A stretch of DNA of 64,000 nucleotides from Alphaproteobacteria bacterium (GCA_030835905.1 JAURQX010000005.1:1135-65134), one strand, 5' to 3'; numbered from the stretch's first letter, positions 9,918-20,326 are shown. The notes: a model not told the origin generated them from the letters alone. Numbers and translations are program-made.

Positions 9918-10385
9918 ATGAGAAGAAGAGCTGCAAAAATTAGGAAAATTTTCCCTGATGCAAAATACAAAGAGATAATAGTCTCAAGATTTATCAACCG
10001 ACTTATGAATGATGGAAAAAAGTCAGTCGTTGAAAAAGCTCTATATGAAGCTTTTACTAGACTTGAAAAAAAGCTAGGTAGACATCCCATTGAAATCTTT
10101 AAAGAAGCTCTAGAAAATGTTACTCCAAAGATCGAAGTTAGATCAAGAAGGATTGGCGGTGCAACTTATCAAATCCCAGTCGAAGTACCTGTTAGAAGAG
10201 GTTCTGCTTTAGCATTAAAATGGCTTAAAACAGCTATTGTTAAAGTTAATGGAAGAGATTTATCTTCTAAAATTTACAATGTTTTAGTTGAATCTTTAGA
10301 AAATAGAGGTTGGGCAGTTAAAAAAAGAGAAGAAGTCTTTAAAATGGCCGAAGCTAATAAAGCCTTTTCGCATTATCGTTGGTAG
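9918..10385 (+). CDS. rpsG: 30S ribosomal protein S7
   Basis: MRRRAAKIRKIFPDAKY...ANKAFSHYRW, 155 aa, directly after rpsL. Confidence 0.98.
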   Translation: MRRRAAKIRKIFPDAKYKEIIVSRFINRLMNDGKKSVVEKALYEAFTRLEKKLGRHPIEIFKEALENVTPKIEVRSRRIGGATYQIPVEVPVRRGSALALKWLKTAIVKVNGRDLSSKIYNVLVESLENRGWAVKKREEVFKMAEANKAFSHYRW

Positions 10386-10418
10386 TTTGTTGACAACACT
10401 CATAAAATATCATTTTAA

Positions 10419-11318
10419 ATGCTTTTTGATGTTGCTATTCCAGTCCATGAAAAAGATTTAAGAACACTTGATTTTTGCATAGCATCAATAAAAAAAAATG
10501 TAGTAGGATTTAGAAATATCTACATAATATCTAAGAAGCGCTATACTAAAAATGGACTTTGGGTAGATGAAAGCAAATTTCCTTTTGCTTTTAAAGAAGT
10601 ACAGAACTTATCTGGAAATATTTCAGCTAGTTGGTGCTTTCAACAGTTATTAAAGCTATATTCACCATTATCAATCAAAAACTCTTTGCCAAATATTTTA
10701 ATTATTGACTCTGACACTATATTTTACAAGAAAACTACTTTTTTTGAAAATAACATTCCACTATACAATTTAAGTAAGGATCTAAATTTATATAACTCTG
10801 TTTTTCAAATACAAACCTGCAACCATATTTCAACATTAGTTCCCAAGGTTAAAGAAAAGTTACCTGAGCTATATAATTATAAAGAGCAAGAACACCAGAT
10901 TGTTTGTAAAAAATTTCATGAAAAACTAAGTTTTTTAAGTGAAAATGATAAAAATCTGTCAAGTAATCTGATATCTCCTGTCTGTCATCACATGATATTC
11001 CAAAAAAAAGTTATTGAATGCTTGTTTAAATATATTGAAAAAAAGAATAATAATGAACAATTTTATAAAGTTTTTCTAAAAAGCTTCAATAATTTCAGGT
11101 TTGTAAGCGAATATAGTCTGTATTTTTACTTTTTAATTACTTTTTTTCCAAATTCATATAAAATTAGGATTCTTAAATATAAAAATTCAGCAAATCTAAA
11201 CCCATTACTCGAATCTCTAAGAAAAAAATATGATTACTGTTCATATCATTCTTATATGGCAAGAGATAGTTTAATGTTAAACATTATTAACAATTTTTAT
11301 AGAAAAATAGCATATTAA
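10419..11318 (+). CDS. hypothetical protein, putative GT-A-fold nucleotide-sugar transferase
   Basis: The N-terminal strand-helix FDVAIPVHEKDLRTLDFCIASIKKN and the DxD-like LIIDSDTIF suggest a glycosyltransferase-like fold. Very low GC. Starts 33 nt after the rpsG stop. Confidence 0.55.
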   Translation: MLFDVAIPVHEKDLRTLDFCIASIKKNVVGFRNIYIISKKRYTKNGLWVDESKFPFAFKEVQNLSGNISASWCFQQLLKLYSPLSIKNSLPNILIIDSDTIFYKKTTFFENNIPLYNLSKDLNLYNSVFQIQTCNHISTLVPKVKEKLPELYNYKEQEHQIVCKKFHEKLSFLSENDKNLSSNLISPVCHHMIFQKKVIECLFKYIEKKNNNEQFYKVFLKSFNNFRFVSEYSLYFYFLITFFPNSYKIRILKYKNSANLNPLLESLRKKYDYCSYHSYMARDSLMLNIINNFYRKIAY

Positions 11319-11408
11319 AACTATTGTTAAATATAATGCTAAAAATATTATATAAAACTTCACAAAAAATAGGCATTAGTGAATTTAAATACTAAGCAAA
11401 TATCTAAG

Positions 11409-11564
11409 TACCAATTATCGCAATTAACTATACATTGATGCTTTTTCTTTTTGGTCTAAAGTTTAGAAAAAAAACCTTTTTTATACTAGTACGGGCGGTT
11501 TTTTTTCTAAATTTTATTCTCAAAATATTTTACCTAAATGTCTAGTTAACTGAGATAATTGGTA
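11409..11564. repeat. 156-bp nested inverted-repeat element (28-nt outer arms plus a perfect 15-bp inner hairpin)
   Basis: Outer arms are 11409-11436 (taccaattatcgcaattaactatacatt) and 11537-11564, whose reverse complement is taccaattatctcagttaactagacatt; they match at 25/28. Inner arms are 11462-11476 (tttagaaaaaaaacc) and 11497-11511 (ggttttttttctaaa), perfect, with a 20-nt loop. The unpaired spacers on each side are both 25 nt. Confidence 0.8.
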
Positions 11565-11602
11565 TAAAACGAAATAATTAACTTAATTTTTAATAATAAA
11601 AA

Positions 11603-13687
11603 ATGGCAAGAGAAATTGAAATTGTAAAATATCGCAACATTGGAATCATGGCTCATATTGATGCTGGCAAGACCACAACAACAGAAAGAATTTTATACTA
11701 TACAGGTAAATCTCATAAAATTGGTGAAGTTCATGACGGTGCGGCTACAATGGACTGGATGGAACAAGAGCAAGAAAGAGGTATTACAATTACATCCGCT
11801 GCTACGACTTGTTTCTGGAAGGAGCATAGAATTAATATAATCGATACACCTGGACACGTAGATTTTACAATTGAAGTTGAAAGATCTCTCAGGGTATTAG
11901 ATGGTGCTGTAGCAGTCTTTGATGCAGTTGCTGGTGTAGAGCCTCAATCCGAAACAGTTTGGAGACAAGCAAATAAGTATAACGTTCCAAGAATGTGCTT
12001 CGTGAATAAAATGGACAGAGTTGGAGCGAATTTTTATAGATGTGTAGAAATGATGAAGACTAGACTTGGTGCAAAACCAATTCCAATTCAACTGCCGATA
12101 AATGAGGCTGAAGATTATGGCGGCTTAATCGACCTTGTTAAAATGAAAGCTGTAATTTGGGAAAGTGATGAAATGGGTGCCAAGTATTCTTATCAAGAAA
12201 TTCCAAGTGATTTGGTTTCAAAGGCAAAAGAGTATAGAGAGCAACTTCTAGAGGTAGCAGTAGAGCAGTATGATGATATTATGGAAAAATATCTTGGTGG
12301 CGAAGAAATTACTGAAGAGGAGTTAAAAAAATGTATCCGCAAAGGCACTATTAAAAACTCATTTGTTCCAGTTTTAAATGGTACAGCTTTTAAAAACAAA
12401 GGTGTGCAAACTTTACTTGATGCAGTGGTAGATTACTTACCAAGTCCGGTTGATATTGAAGATACTCCGGCAATTAACTCTAAAAATGACGAGCATATTA
12501 CAATATCATGCGGTGATAAGAAATTGGCAGCATTGGCATTTAAAATTATGACCGACCCTTTTGTTGGCTCTTTGACATTTGTCAGAATATACTCGGGAAC
12601 AATATCTGGTGGAACAACAGTTATAAACACAACTAAAAATAATTCAAAAGAAAGAGTGGGAAGAATTCTTTTAATGCACTCAAATAATAGAGAAGACCTA
12701 AAAGAAGCATATGCTGGAGATATTGTTGCTTTAGCAGGATTAAAACAAACAACTACTGGTGATACATTAGTTGAGCAGGGATATGATATAATTCTCGAAA
12801 GAATGGTTTTTCCTGAACCAGTTATTGAGGTTTCTGTTGAGCCAAAATCAACAGCAGATCAAGAAAAAATGGGTATTGCCTTGTCAAGATTAGCGTCAGA
12901 AGATCCTTCACTTAGAATTGAATCAGATGAAGAGTCTGGTCAAACAATTTTAAAAGGTATGGGCGAGCTTCATTTAGAAATTATAGTTGATAGGATGAAA
13001 CGCGAGTTCAAGGTTGATGCGAATATTGGTCAACCTAAGGTTGCATACAGGGAAGCTATTACAAAGCAAACAGAGATTGATTATACTCACAAGAAGCAAT
13101 CTGGAGGTTCTGGTCAATATGCAAGAGTAAAAATTATTTTTGAACCTTTGGCTGAAGAAGACTCTTCACAAAATTTTGTTTTTGAAAGCGAAATAACTGG
13201 AGGAAGAGTTCCTAAAGAATATATTCCGGGGGTTGAAAAAGGTATTGAGTCCGCTAAAGAAACCGGCGTACTTGCTGGCTATCCAGTTGTTAGGCTGAAA
13301 GCTAGGTTAATTGACGGTGCTTTCCATGATGTCGATTCAAGCGTTTTAGCATTTGAAATTGCGTCAAGGGCTGCTTTTAGAGAAGCTATGGGTAAAGCAA
13401 ATCCCGTTATACTTGAACCTATTATGAAAGTTGAGGTTACAACTCCAGAAGAATATATGGGAGATGTAATTGGAGACATTAACTCAAGAAGAGGGCAGAT
13501 TCAAAATCTTGAAGCAAGAGATGTTGCTCAAGTTATTACTGCAAAAGTTCCATTATCCTCAATGTTTGGTTATGTGAACAATCTTAGATCGCTAACGCAA
13601 GGTAGAGCAAGCTATTCAATGGAATTTGAGTGCTATGAGCCGGTACCAAATAATATAGCTGAAGAAATTAAGGCCAAAAAATCATAA
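11603..13687 (+). CDS. fusA: translation elongation factor G
   Basis: [25 protein letters not shown]-domain, 694 aa. Confidence 0.98.
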   Translation: MAREIEIVKYRNIGIMAHIDAGKTTTTERILYYTGKSHKIGEVHDGAATMDWMEQEQERGITITSAATTCFWKEHRINIIDTPGHVDFTIEVERSLRVLDGAVAVFDAVAGVEPQSETVWRQANKYNVPRMCFVNKMDRVGANFYRCVEMMKTRLGAKPIPIQLPINEAEDYGGLIDLVKMKAVIWESDEMGAKYSYQEIPSDLVSKAKEYREQLLEVAVEQYDDIMEKYLGGEEITEEELKKCIRKGTIKNSFVPVLNGTAFKNKGVQTLLDAVVDYLPSPVDIEDTPAINSKNDEHITISCGDKKLAALAFKIMTDPFVGSLTFVRIYSGTISGGTTVINTTKNNSKERVGRILLMHSNNREDLKEAYAGDIVALAGLKQTTTGDTLVEQGYDIILERMVFPEPVIEVSVEPKSTADQEKMGIALSRLASEDPSLRIESDEESGQTILKGMGELHLEIIVDRMKREFKVDANIGQPKVAYREAITKQTEIDYTHKKQSGGSGQYARVKIIFEPLAEEDSSQNFVFESEITGGRVPKEYIPGVEKGIESAKETGVLAGYPVVRLKARLIDGAFHDVDSSVLAFEIASRAAFREAMGKANPVILEPIMKVEVTTPEEYMGDVIGDINSRRGQIQNLEARDVAQVITAKVPLSSMFGYVNNLRSLTQGRASYSMEFECYEPVPNNIAEEIKAKKS

Positions 13688-13714
13688 TTTATTATATTTA
13701 TTATAATTTGTAAT

Positions 13715-13763
13715 TTTTCCACTTTATTTCTAAATTTTTTTTTGGGAAATAGAAGTGGAAAAT
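13715..13763 (+). terminator. putative intrinsic terminator after fusA
   Basis: Imperfect stem tttttccactttatttc / gaaatagaagtggaaaa with a T-rich loop, followed by tttttta. Confidence 0.5.
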
Positions 13764-13913
13764 TTTTTACTTAATTTATTGTAACTTATTTTACATAATA
13801 TATATTATGAGATTTATTTATCTAAAATAGGAATAGATTTTAAAGAACATATTTTAACAATAATCAGATGTATTTAGCCAGCTTTGCTTAACTTAAGCCC
13901 ATATTATTAAACT

Positions 13914-15974
13914 ATGATTTTAAAAACAGACTATCTAATTAATAATATAGAAAAACTATTTAATTATTGGTGCAGTAATACTGCCGATAAAAAAAACTAC
14001 CTGCCCTCAATTATTCCTTTTATTCAATTAGCTTCAATTCTTCAAATTGTCTCAAATAACAAAATTATAGACGATGTTTTATCAAGGTTCTCTACAATAT
14101 ATCGTGAGCTTTTTGCTGTTGATTTAACCTTAAATAATTCTGATTTTCACAATAAAGTTTATCATCATATTGAAAATATTGAAAAAAATAAAACTACTAA
14201 ACTTAGCAAAAAAGAATTTGCGCATTTAGTTACAGCCAAAGATAATTTATATTTTCACGCATATTCTAGATTGGCGTTTTCGTTTGGATTTTTGATTTGC
14301 AACTCTCAAATTGATTGTCTTGATAGTATTACTAACTTTAAAAATGAATTACTTAATGTTAGCAAACATTTAAATGACGAGGACTTTGTTACTCTTTTTT
14401 TAGAAAGTTATAACAAACTTTCATTTTCTAATATGACATCTAAGCTAAGTATAGATAGTGTTGAAAGACATGTAATAAATACCCAGATACATAATTTAGA
14501 AGATAATATATTATATTCACTTAACGCCATAATGAATGATGATAAACTTGGAGAAACATTTAATTTTTTCTCAAGCTTTAATCCTTATGCACTTGATCAC
14601 AAATCATATAAAGTAGATAATTTTAATAGCTATAGCTTTACCAATGATAATAATCCAATGTATCAAATTAATGTTGGTATTAAAATAAAATTTTCATTGA
14701 TTTCTTACAATGAAAATGATCATAGATCATTAAACTCTCCATTTTTTTTAAATGCTAAATTAAAAGAGTCCTTAACTGAGATTTGCATCAGAAAGAAACT
14801 AGAGTCCAAATCCACTAAACCACAATTTGAGATAAAGGATCTAAATAAATATTTTCTTTGTCATGAAGATATTAGCGATCTCGATTTAATAAGTGATTAT
14901 AATTATTGCGATAGCTTAGCGATTGATAAAAAAGATTTTTACGCTATAGTTGATGATATACAAGAAAAGCTAAACTTATTTGAGTCAGAAATTGTTAAAA
15001 ACAATTATCGTAATTTTTGTTTAAAGAATAACAATATTAGAGATAACAGCTACTACTCTTCTGATACGTCTTCTGAATCTTTAAACTGTTCTTTTATATA
15101 TAATTTGGTTAAAAGCTTTACTAGAATTGAGGCCTTTTTTTATAAGTTACTATTTATAAATTCCAACAAATCTAAAGATTTTGGTATTATAGTTAAAAAT
15201 GTTTTCGATCCAAATGAAAGTGACAAAGTAAATTTTAAAAATATTATTTTACTTATAATTTCGGGTAAATTTCATGAGCACTTGTTTAAGATGATGGAAA
15301 ATAATGAAGTTTGTTTAAGTGTATCAAATCTTTCGCAAGAAACTATAAGCAAATTTAGAGAATTAGAAAATTTTTTACAATTTTTAGCTTCTGATACCGG
15401 TCTTATTTTTCAAAATAACAATATTCACTTAAGTTTCTCATTATCAAACCGAGTAGATAATAAAAATCTTCTTAAAGTTAGTAAAGTTGATGAAAATAAT
15501 TTGAACTACAACGGCTTGGTAGTTGAATTTCTTAAAATAATTCAAAAATCACTTATAAAATCAGGAAATAAGGTTAACTTCTTTCAAGACAATAATTTAT
15601 TAGCTATCAAATTTCAAATCAAAAAAGTTGATAGCATTACATACTCAAATAATCGAGCTTTACTTAATAAAAGTACAAATATAATAGTGAGTCAAGCTTC
15701 TGATAATGAAGGTTTAATTAAAATTCATATTATCGGAAATAATTCAACTTTTAATCCAGATCGAAAGCGAGCTATTATTAACGATCACCATCTTGAAAGC
15801 TTACCGCCACTTTTTATAGAAGAACTAACTAATGAGTTTAACGATTTTGTTCATGGCTTAAGCGTTTGCGATATTGATAAACTATGCAAGCAAAATTTTA
15901 AGATAGACGGCATTGGAAATCTTGAATCGCTTGAATTAATAAATGCAAGAAATAGAGTTAGCAACTCAATTTAA
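13914..15974 (+). CDS. hypothetical protein (686-aa orphan, N/K/I/S-rich)
   Basis: Long uninterrupted ORF in very AT-rich DNA. No signal peptide, TM segment or recognisable motif. Confidence 0.6.
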   Translation: MILKTDYLINNIEKLFNYWCSNTADKKNYLPSIIPFIQLASILQIVSNNKIIDDVLSRFSTIYRELFAVDLTLNNSDFHNKVYHHIENIEKNKTTKLSKKEFAHLVTAKDNLYFHAYSRLAFSFGFLICNSQIDCLDSITNFKNELLNVSKHLNDEDFVTLFLESYNKLSFSNMTSKLSIDSVERHVINTQIHNLEDNILYSLNAIMNDDKLGETFNFFSSFNPYALDHKSYKVDNFNSYSFTNDNNPMYQINVGIKIKFSLISYNENDHRSLNSPFFLNAKLKESLTEICIRKKLESKSTKPQFEIKDLNKYFLCHEDISDLDLISDYNYCDSLAIDKKDFYAIVDDIQEKLNLFESEIVKNNYRNFCLKNNNIRDNSYYSSDTSSESLNCSFIYNLVKSFTRIEAFFYKLLFINSNKSKDFGIIVKNVFDPNESDKVNFKNIILLIISGKFHEHLFKMMENNEVCLSVSNLSQETISKFRELENFLQFLASDTGLIFQNNNIHLSFSLSNRVDNKNLLKVSKVDENNLNYNGLVVEFLKIIQKSLIKSGNKVNFFQDNNLLAIKFQIKKVDSITYSNNRALLNKSTNIIVSQASDNEGLIKIHIIGNNSTFNPDRKRAIINDHHLESLPPLFIEELTNEFNDFVHGLSVCDIDKLCKQNFKIDGIGNLESLELINARNRVSNSI

Positions 15975-16105
15975 GAAGTTGATGACATGAAGCAGCAATG
16001 TGAAGCATTTAACAAATAATGCTTGACTTGACTTAATTATATTAGTAAAAAAGTCAATTTCGATTTAAAACTAAAAAAGTTTTAAGTATATTTTTTTAAA
16101 AAGAA

Positions 16106-16300
16106 ATGGCAGCAAAAGGCAAAACATCAAAAGCAAAAAGAAGTTCAATTTTATTTAAAATGGTTAGCTCGGCTGGAACCGGCTACTTTTATCTTGCTCG
16201 CAGAAATCCTAAGCAAAAAACTGAAAAAATGGTTTTTAAAAAATACGATCCTGTTGTTAGGAAGCATGTTGAGTTTAAAGAACAAAAATTATCATCATAA
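16106..16300 (+). CDS. rpmG: 50S ribosomal protein L33
   Basis: VSSAGTGYFYLARRNPK...KKYDPVVRKHVEFKE, 64 aa. Confidence 0.93.
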   Translation: MAAKGKTSKAKRSSILFKMVSSAGTGYFYLARRNPKQKTEKMVFKKYDPVVRKHVEFKEQKLSS

Positions 16301-16389
16301 TTTTTTTCTGACTTTTTTACTTATTTTTAGTTAGTTAGATTAATTAAAAAATTAATTTTGCTAATTCCTTCATATTATCTTGTGAATTA

Positions 16390-17613
16390 ATGGCTAAAAT
16401 TAAAGTTACAAATCCTATTGTCGAAATAGACGGCGATGAAATGACCCGAGTGATTTGGCAAATGATTAAAAATAAACTCATTTTGCCATTCATAGATCTT
16501 AATATAAAATATTTCGATCTTTCAGTTACAAATCGAGATTTAACTAATGATCAAGTAACAATAGACGCCGCTAAAGCAATTAAAGAATATAGCGTTGGAA
16601 TAAAGTGCGCAACCATAACTCCAAACCCAGCTAGACAAAAAGAATTTAATCTTAAGCAGATTTGGCGATCACCAAATGGTACAATTCGTAATATTTTAGA
16701 TGGCACTGTTTTCCGTGAACCAATTGTTTGTAAAAATGTCCCAAGACTTGTTGATAATTGGAAATATCCTATAATAGTTGGACGTCATGCATTTGGCGAT
16801 CAATATAAAGCAACTGATTTCAAAGTGCCCTGCCCTGGAAAGTTAACAATTAAATTTTCAGGAGAAGATGGAAATGTAATTGAAAAAGAAGTTTATGACT
16901 TTAAAGGAGCAGGAGTTGCGCTAGCAATGTATAACACCGAAGAATCAATAAAAGGATTTGCTCGTTCATGCTTCAATCTAGCGCTTCAAAAAAAATGGCC
17001 TCTATATCTTTCAACTAAAGATACTATTCTTAAGCAATATGATGGTTGTTTTAAGGATATATTCCAACAAATCTTTGAAAAAGAATTTCAAAGTGATTTT
17101 AAGAAAGAAAATATTACTTACGAACATCGCTTAATAGACGACATGGTTGCATCTGCACTCAAATGGAATGGCAAATTTGTTTGGGCGTGTAAAAATTACG
17201 ATGGTGATGTGCAATCAGATTCAGTTGCTCAAGGTTTTGGCTCATTAGGCTTAATGACATCTTGCTTAATAACGCCAGATGGCAAAATCATGGAAGCAGA
17301 AGCTGCCCATGGTACTGTTACAAGACATTTCCGTGAACATCAAAAAGGAAATCCAACATCAACAAATTCTATGGCATCAATATTTGCTTGGACTCGCGGC
17401 TTAGCTTTTAGAGGAAAATTAGATAATAATCTTGAATTGATAGATTTTAGCCAAAAGTTAGAAAATGCATGTATAAAAACTGTAGAGTCAGGGAAAATGA
17501 CTAAGGATTTGGCAATCTGTATTCATGGTAAAAATGTTGAGCATAATAAACATTATCTCTATACTGAAGAATTTATCGATGAAATTGCCAAGAAGTTGAA
17601 GGATATTGGTTAA
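16390..17613 (+). CDS. icd: NADP-dependent isocitrate dehydrogenase (homodimeric, eukaryote-like subtype)
   Basis: [23 protein letters not shown]..., 407 aa, colinear with the IDH1/IDH2-type enzymes found in many alphaproteobacteria. Confidence 0.95.
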   Translation: MAKIKVTNPIVEIDGDEMTRVIWQMIKNKLILPFIDLNIKYFDLSVTNRDLTNDQVTIDAAKAIKEYSVGIKCATITPNPARQKEFNLKQIWRSPNGTIRNILDGTVFREPIVCKNVPRLVDNWKYPIIVGRHAFGDQYKATDFKVPCPGKLTIKFSGEDGNVIEKEVYDFKGAGVALAMYNTEESIKGFARSCFNLALQKKWPLYLSTKDTILKQYDGCFKDIFQQIFEKEFQSDFKKENITYEHRLIDDMVASALKWNGKFVWACKNYDGDVQSDSVAQGFGSLGLMTSCLITPDGKIMEAEAAHGTVTRHFREHQKGNPTSTNSMASIFAWTRGLAFRGKLDNNLELIDFSQKLENACIKTVESGKMTKDLAICIHGKNVEHNKHYLYTEEFIDEIAKKLKDIG

Positions 17614-17656
17614 TTTTCTATAGTTTATCTAAAGATTGGATTTGGTATTATACCAT

Positions 17657-18616
17657 TTATGAGAGTTCAAGCATTTTTTGTAAAGGTCTTTTAGCTTGAA
17701 GTCTTAAATTTTCTTCTAGGTTAATTTCTTGTCCAAATTCACTCTTAGACCCATATTTCATTACTAAATAGAGTTTTTCTAGATCATTCAAAGCCATATA
17801 GGGACAACTATTGCATAATGCACAACCAGCACTATTAGTGAATGGACAATCATAAAATTTAGCATTCGGCCTCAGTCTTTTCATTTGGTGAATTATATGA
17901 TGCTCTGTAAGGACTATAAATTCATCAACCTGACTTTCTTTAACATAATTCAATATAGAAGAAGTTGATCCAATATGATCAGCATAGTTTAGTAAGGTTT
18001 CTGGACATTCAGGATGAGCAATGATTTTGGCTTGTGGATGATTTACTTTAAGCTTTATCAACTCTTTTTCGCTATATTGTTCGTGAACAATACAAGAGCC
18101 ATGCCATAAAATCATTTTACGACCAGTTTCTTTTTCAATATATCGACCCAAATGTTGATCTGGAGCAAAAATTATTTCTTTATCATTTGGGATTTGCGAT
18201 ATAATTTTTTTAGCATTTGATGAGGTAACAATTATGTCCGATAAAGCCTTAATTTCAGCGGAACAGTTAATATAAGTTACCGTTAAAGCATTTGGAAATT
18301 TTAGCTTAAATTCAGCAAACTCAGCTGGCGGACAAGATGTTTCAAGACTGCAACCCGCATTTGCATCTGGAATGTAAACTTTCTTAGATGGAGATAAAAT
18401 TTTAGCAACTTCAGCCATAAATTTTACTCCACAAAAATAAATTTCATCAGCTTCATTATCAGCAGCCTTGCGAGATAAATCTAGAGAATCTCCAACAAAG
18501 TCAGCAATATCTTGAATTTCTGAATCCTGATAAAAATGAGATAAAATTATAGCATTTTTTTGCTCTTTAAGACGTAAAATTTCTTCTTCTATATTTTCTG
18601 GTATATGAAATGTCAT
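17657..18616 (-). CDS. nadA: quinolinate synthase
   Basis: ILSHFYQDSEIQDIADFVGDSL, plus conserved Cys residues and a 319-aa length typical of NadA. Confidence 0.93.
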   Translation of the reverse strand: MTFHIPENIEEEILRLKEQKNAIILSHFYQDSEIQDIADFVGDSLDLSRKAADNEADEIYFCGVKFMAEVAKILSPSKKVYIPDANAGCSLETSCPPAEFAEFKLKFPNALTVTYINCSAEIKALSDIIVTSSNAKKIISQIPNDKEIIFAPDQHLGRYIEKETGRKMILWHGSCIVHEQYSEKELIKLKVNHPQAKIIAHPECPETLLNYADHIGSTSSILNYVKESQVDEFIVLTEHHIIHQMKRLRPNAKFYDCPFTNSAGCALCNSCPYMALNDLEKLYLVMKYGSKSEFGQEINLEENLRLQAKRPLQKMLELS

Positions 18617-18618
18617 CG

Positions 18619-19590
18619 CTAAAAACCAATAATTTGCTTAACTTCTTTCATTGTTTGAGAAGCAATGTTAATTGCTTTATTATTGCCTTCATCAAGAATT
18701 GTTTGTACATATGAATAATCGGCTTTCAAATCGTTAAATTTTTTTTGAATTGGTTGTATATTTTGTACTAAAATCTCAGCTAAGTCAGACTTAAATTTAC
18801 CAAAGCCAGAATCATGATATTGGTTAGCAACTTCTAAAACATCTTTTTTTACTAGACTTGCAAAAATATCCAGCAAATTGCATATTTCTGGCCTATTTTC
18901 ATCATAACTTATAAATTCTAGAGAATCTGTTTTGGCTTTTTTTATTTTTTTGATAATTAAATCTGTGTTGTCGTTAAGATTTATTCTTGATAAGTCAGAT
19001 TCGTCTGACTTGCTCATTTTTTTATTTCCATCTTGCAGAGACATAATTCTTGCCACCTCTTTAACAATTAATGGCTCTGGAAGTTTAAAAAATTCTGTAT
19101 TGTAGAGGCGATTAAAAGCACCTGCCAAATCTCTAGCTAATTCTAAATGCTGTTTTTGATCTTCGCCAACCGGTACCAAGTCTGTTTTATAAAGCAAAAT
19201 ATCTGCTGCCATTAAAACTGGATAAGCATAAAGTCCTAAATTACCATCACCAATGGCTTTATCTTTAAATTGCGTCATACGATTTAACCAGCCAAGCGGA
19301 GTTATAGTTGAAAAAATCCATGATAATTCAACATGTTGTGATATTTGACTTTGTACAAAAATGTTAGATTTTTTAGGATCTAAGCCGCAAGCCAAATAAA
19401 GAGCTGCAGCATCTAAAGTATTTTGTCGAAGCTCTAGTGGATTTTGTTTAACAGTAATTGCGTGTAAATTCATTATTCCAAATAAGCAATCATTGCCATC
19501 CTGAAGTGTAAGCCAATTTTTAATTGAGCCCAAATAATTCCCAAGGTGCATGTTTCCAGTGGGCTGAACGCCAGACAAAATTCTTTTCAT
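18619..19590 (-). CDS. trpS: tryptophan--tRNA ligase
   Basis: HIGH-type motif GVQPTGNMHLGNYLG and a KMSKS loop (NKKMSKSDES). I trimmed the start to Met42 of the track ORF (cat at 19588-19590), where homology begins (MKRILSGVQPTG). Confidence 0.93.
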   Translation of the reverse strand: MKRILSGVQPTGNMHLGNYLGSIKNWLTLQDGNDCLFGIMNLHAITVKQNPLELRQNTLDAAALYLACGLDPKKSNIFVQSQISQHVELSWIFSTITPLGWLNRMTQFKDKAIGDGNLGLYAYPVLMAADILLYKTDLVPVGEDQKQHLELARDLAGAFNRLYNTEFFKLPEPLIVKEVARIMSLQDGNKKMSKSDESDLSRINLNDNTDLIIKKIKKAKTDSLEFISYDENRPEICNLLDIFASLVKKDVLEVANQYHDSGFGKFKSDLAEILVQNIQPIQKKFNDLKADYSYVQTILDEGNNKAINIASQTMKEVKQIIGF

Positions 19591-19803
19591 TAAGCTAATT
19601 TTGCAGTTAAATAATTGATGAGCAATAACTAAATTCATCTTTTGTGGTAGATTTGGAATTTGTCTTTTTAGTCTAAAATTTAAGAACAAAACCTTGAGTA
19701 AATCCTGATACAAACAGTTTTTCTCTTAAATTTAATCCTCAAAAATCCTTTATCCAAATGTACTTTAAAAGATGAATTTCGGTATTATTCACATCAAAAG
19801 TCT

Positions 19804-19838
19804 TTTTTGCAATATATTTAAAACATATATTGCAAAAA
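19804..19838. promoter_or_regulatory. perfect 14-bp inverted repeat (candidate operator or hairpin) between trpS and rnpB
   Basis: tttttgcaatatat (19804-19817), ttaaaac loop, atatattgcaaaaa (19825-19838). Confidence 0.5.
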
Positions 19839-19845
19839 CTAAAAT

Positions 19846-20269
19846 CATAAAAAATACTTAGTAATTGCAATCGCTAATTTTAACTTTAGATATTTTTCTT
19901 TGGTTTGAAAGTTAGAGGAAAGTCCGGACTCCGTAAGAGAATAGTACCAGTTAAGAGCTGGCAGATTTGTTGTTTTAGCAACAAATTTAGGGCAAGTGTC
20001 ACAGAAAATATACCGCCAAATAATTTTTTGGTAAGGGTGAAAATGCGAGGTAAGAGCTCACACGCTTATATGGTAACATATATTTGGACAAACCCTGCTA
20101 GGAGCAAAACCAAATAGGAATAGTAATTTTAAAGTAACTTTTAAACAAATATCTCTCTTGTATTAGCTATTCGGGTAGGTTGCTTGAGATCGTTAGCGAT
20201 ATCGATCCTAGATGAATGATTGCTTTTAGATTTATTATCTATAAACAGAATCCGGCTTATTTTATAATG
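19846..20269 (+). ncRNA. rnpB: RNase P RNA, bacterial type A (ends approximate, +/-20 nt)
   Basis: Universal elements are present in order: GAGGAAAGTCCGG (19915 onward), ACAGAAA, GGTAAGGGTGAAA, GGTAAGAGC, AACCCTGC..GAGCAAAACCAAATAGG, GGGTAGGTTGCTTGAG, CCTAGATGAATGA, and ACAGAATCCGGCTTAT (20245-20260). P2 pairs gcaatc with gattgc. Confidence 0.92.
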
Positions 20270-20309
20270 TTATTTTGGTCAAATTTACAATAAATTTTGA
20301 CCAAAATAA
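20270..20309 (+). terminator. 17-bp stem hairpin immediately 3' of rnpB
   Basis: ttattttggtcaaattt / aaattttgaccaaaataa with one bulged T and a 5-nt loop, followed by the T-rich tgatttattttt. Confidence 0.55.
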
Positions 20310-20326
20310 TGATTTATTTTTAATAG

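Noticed and set aside
19591-19713. N-terminal 41 codons of the trpS track ORF
   Set aside because: There is no TrpRS homology before MKRILSGVQPTG. The longer form is probably an artefact of the ORF caller.
19905-20117. 70-aa ORF in the track
   Set aside because: It lies entirely inside the RNase P RNA gene, which carries the universal GAGGAAAGTCCGG, GGTAAGGGTGAAA and GGTAAGAGC elements. It is a spurious ORF.
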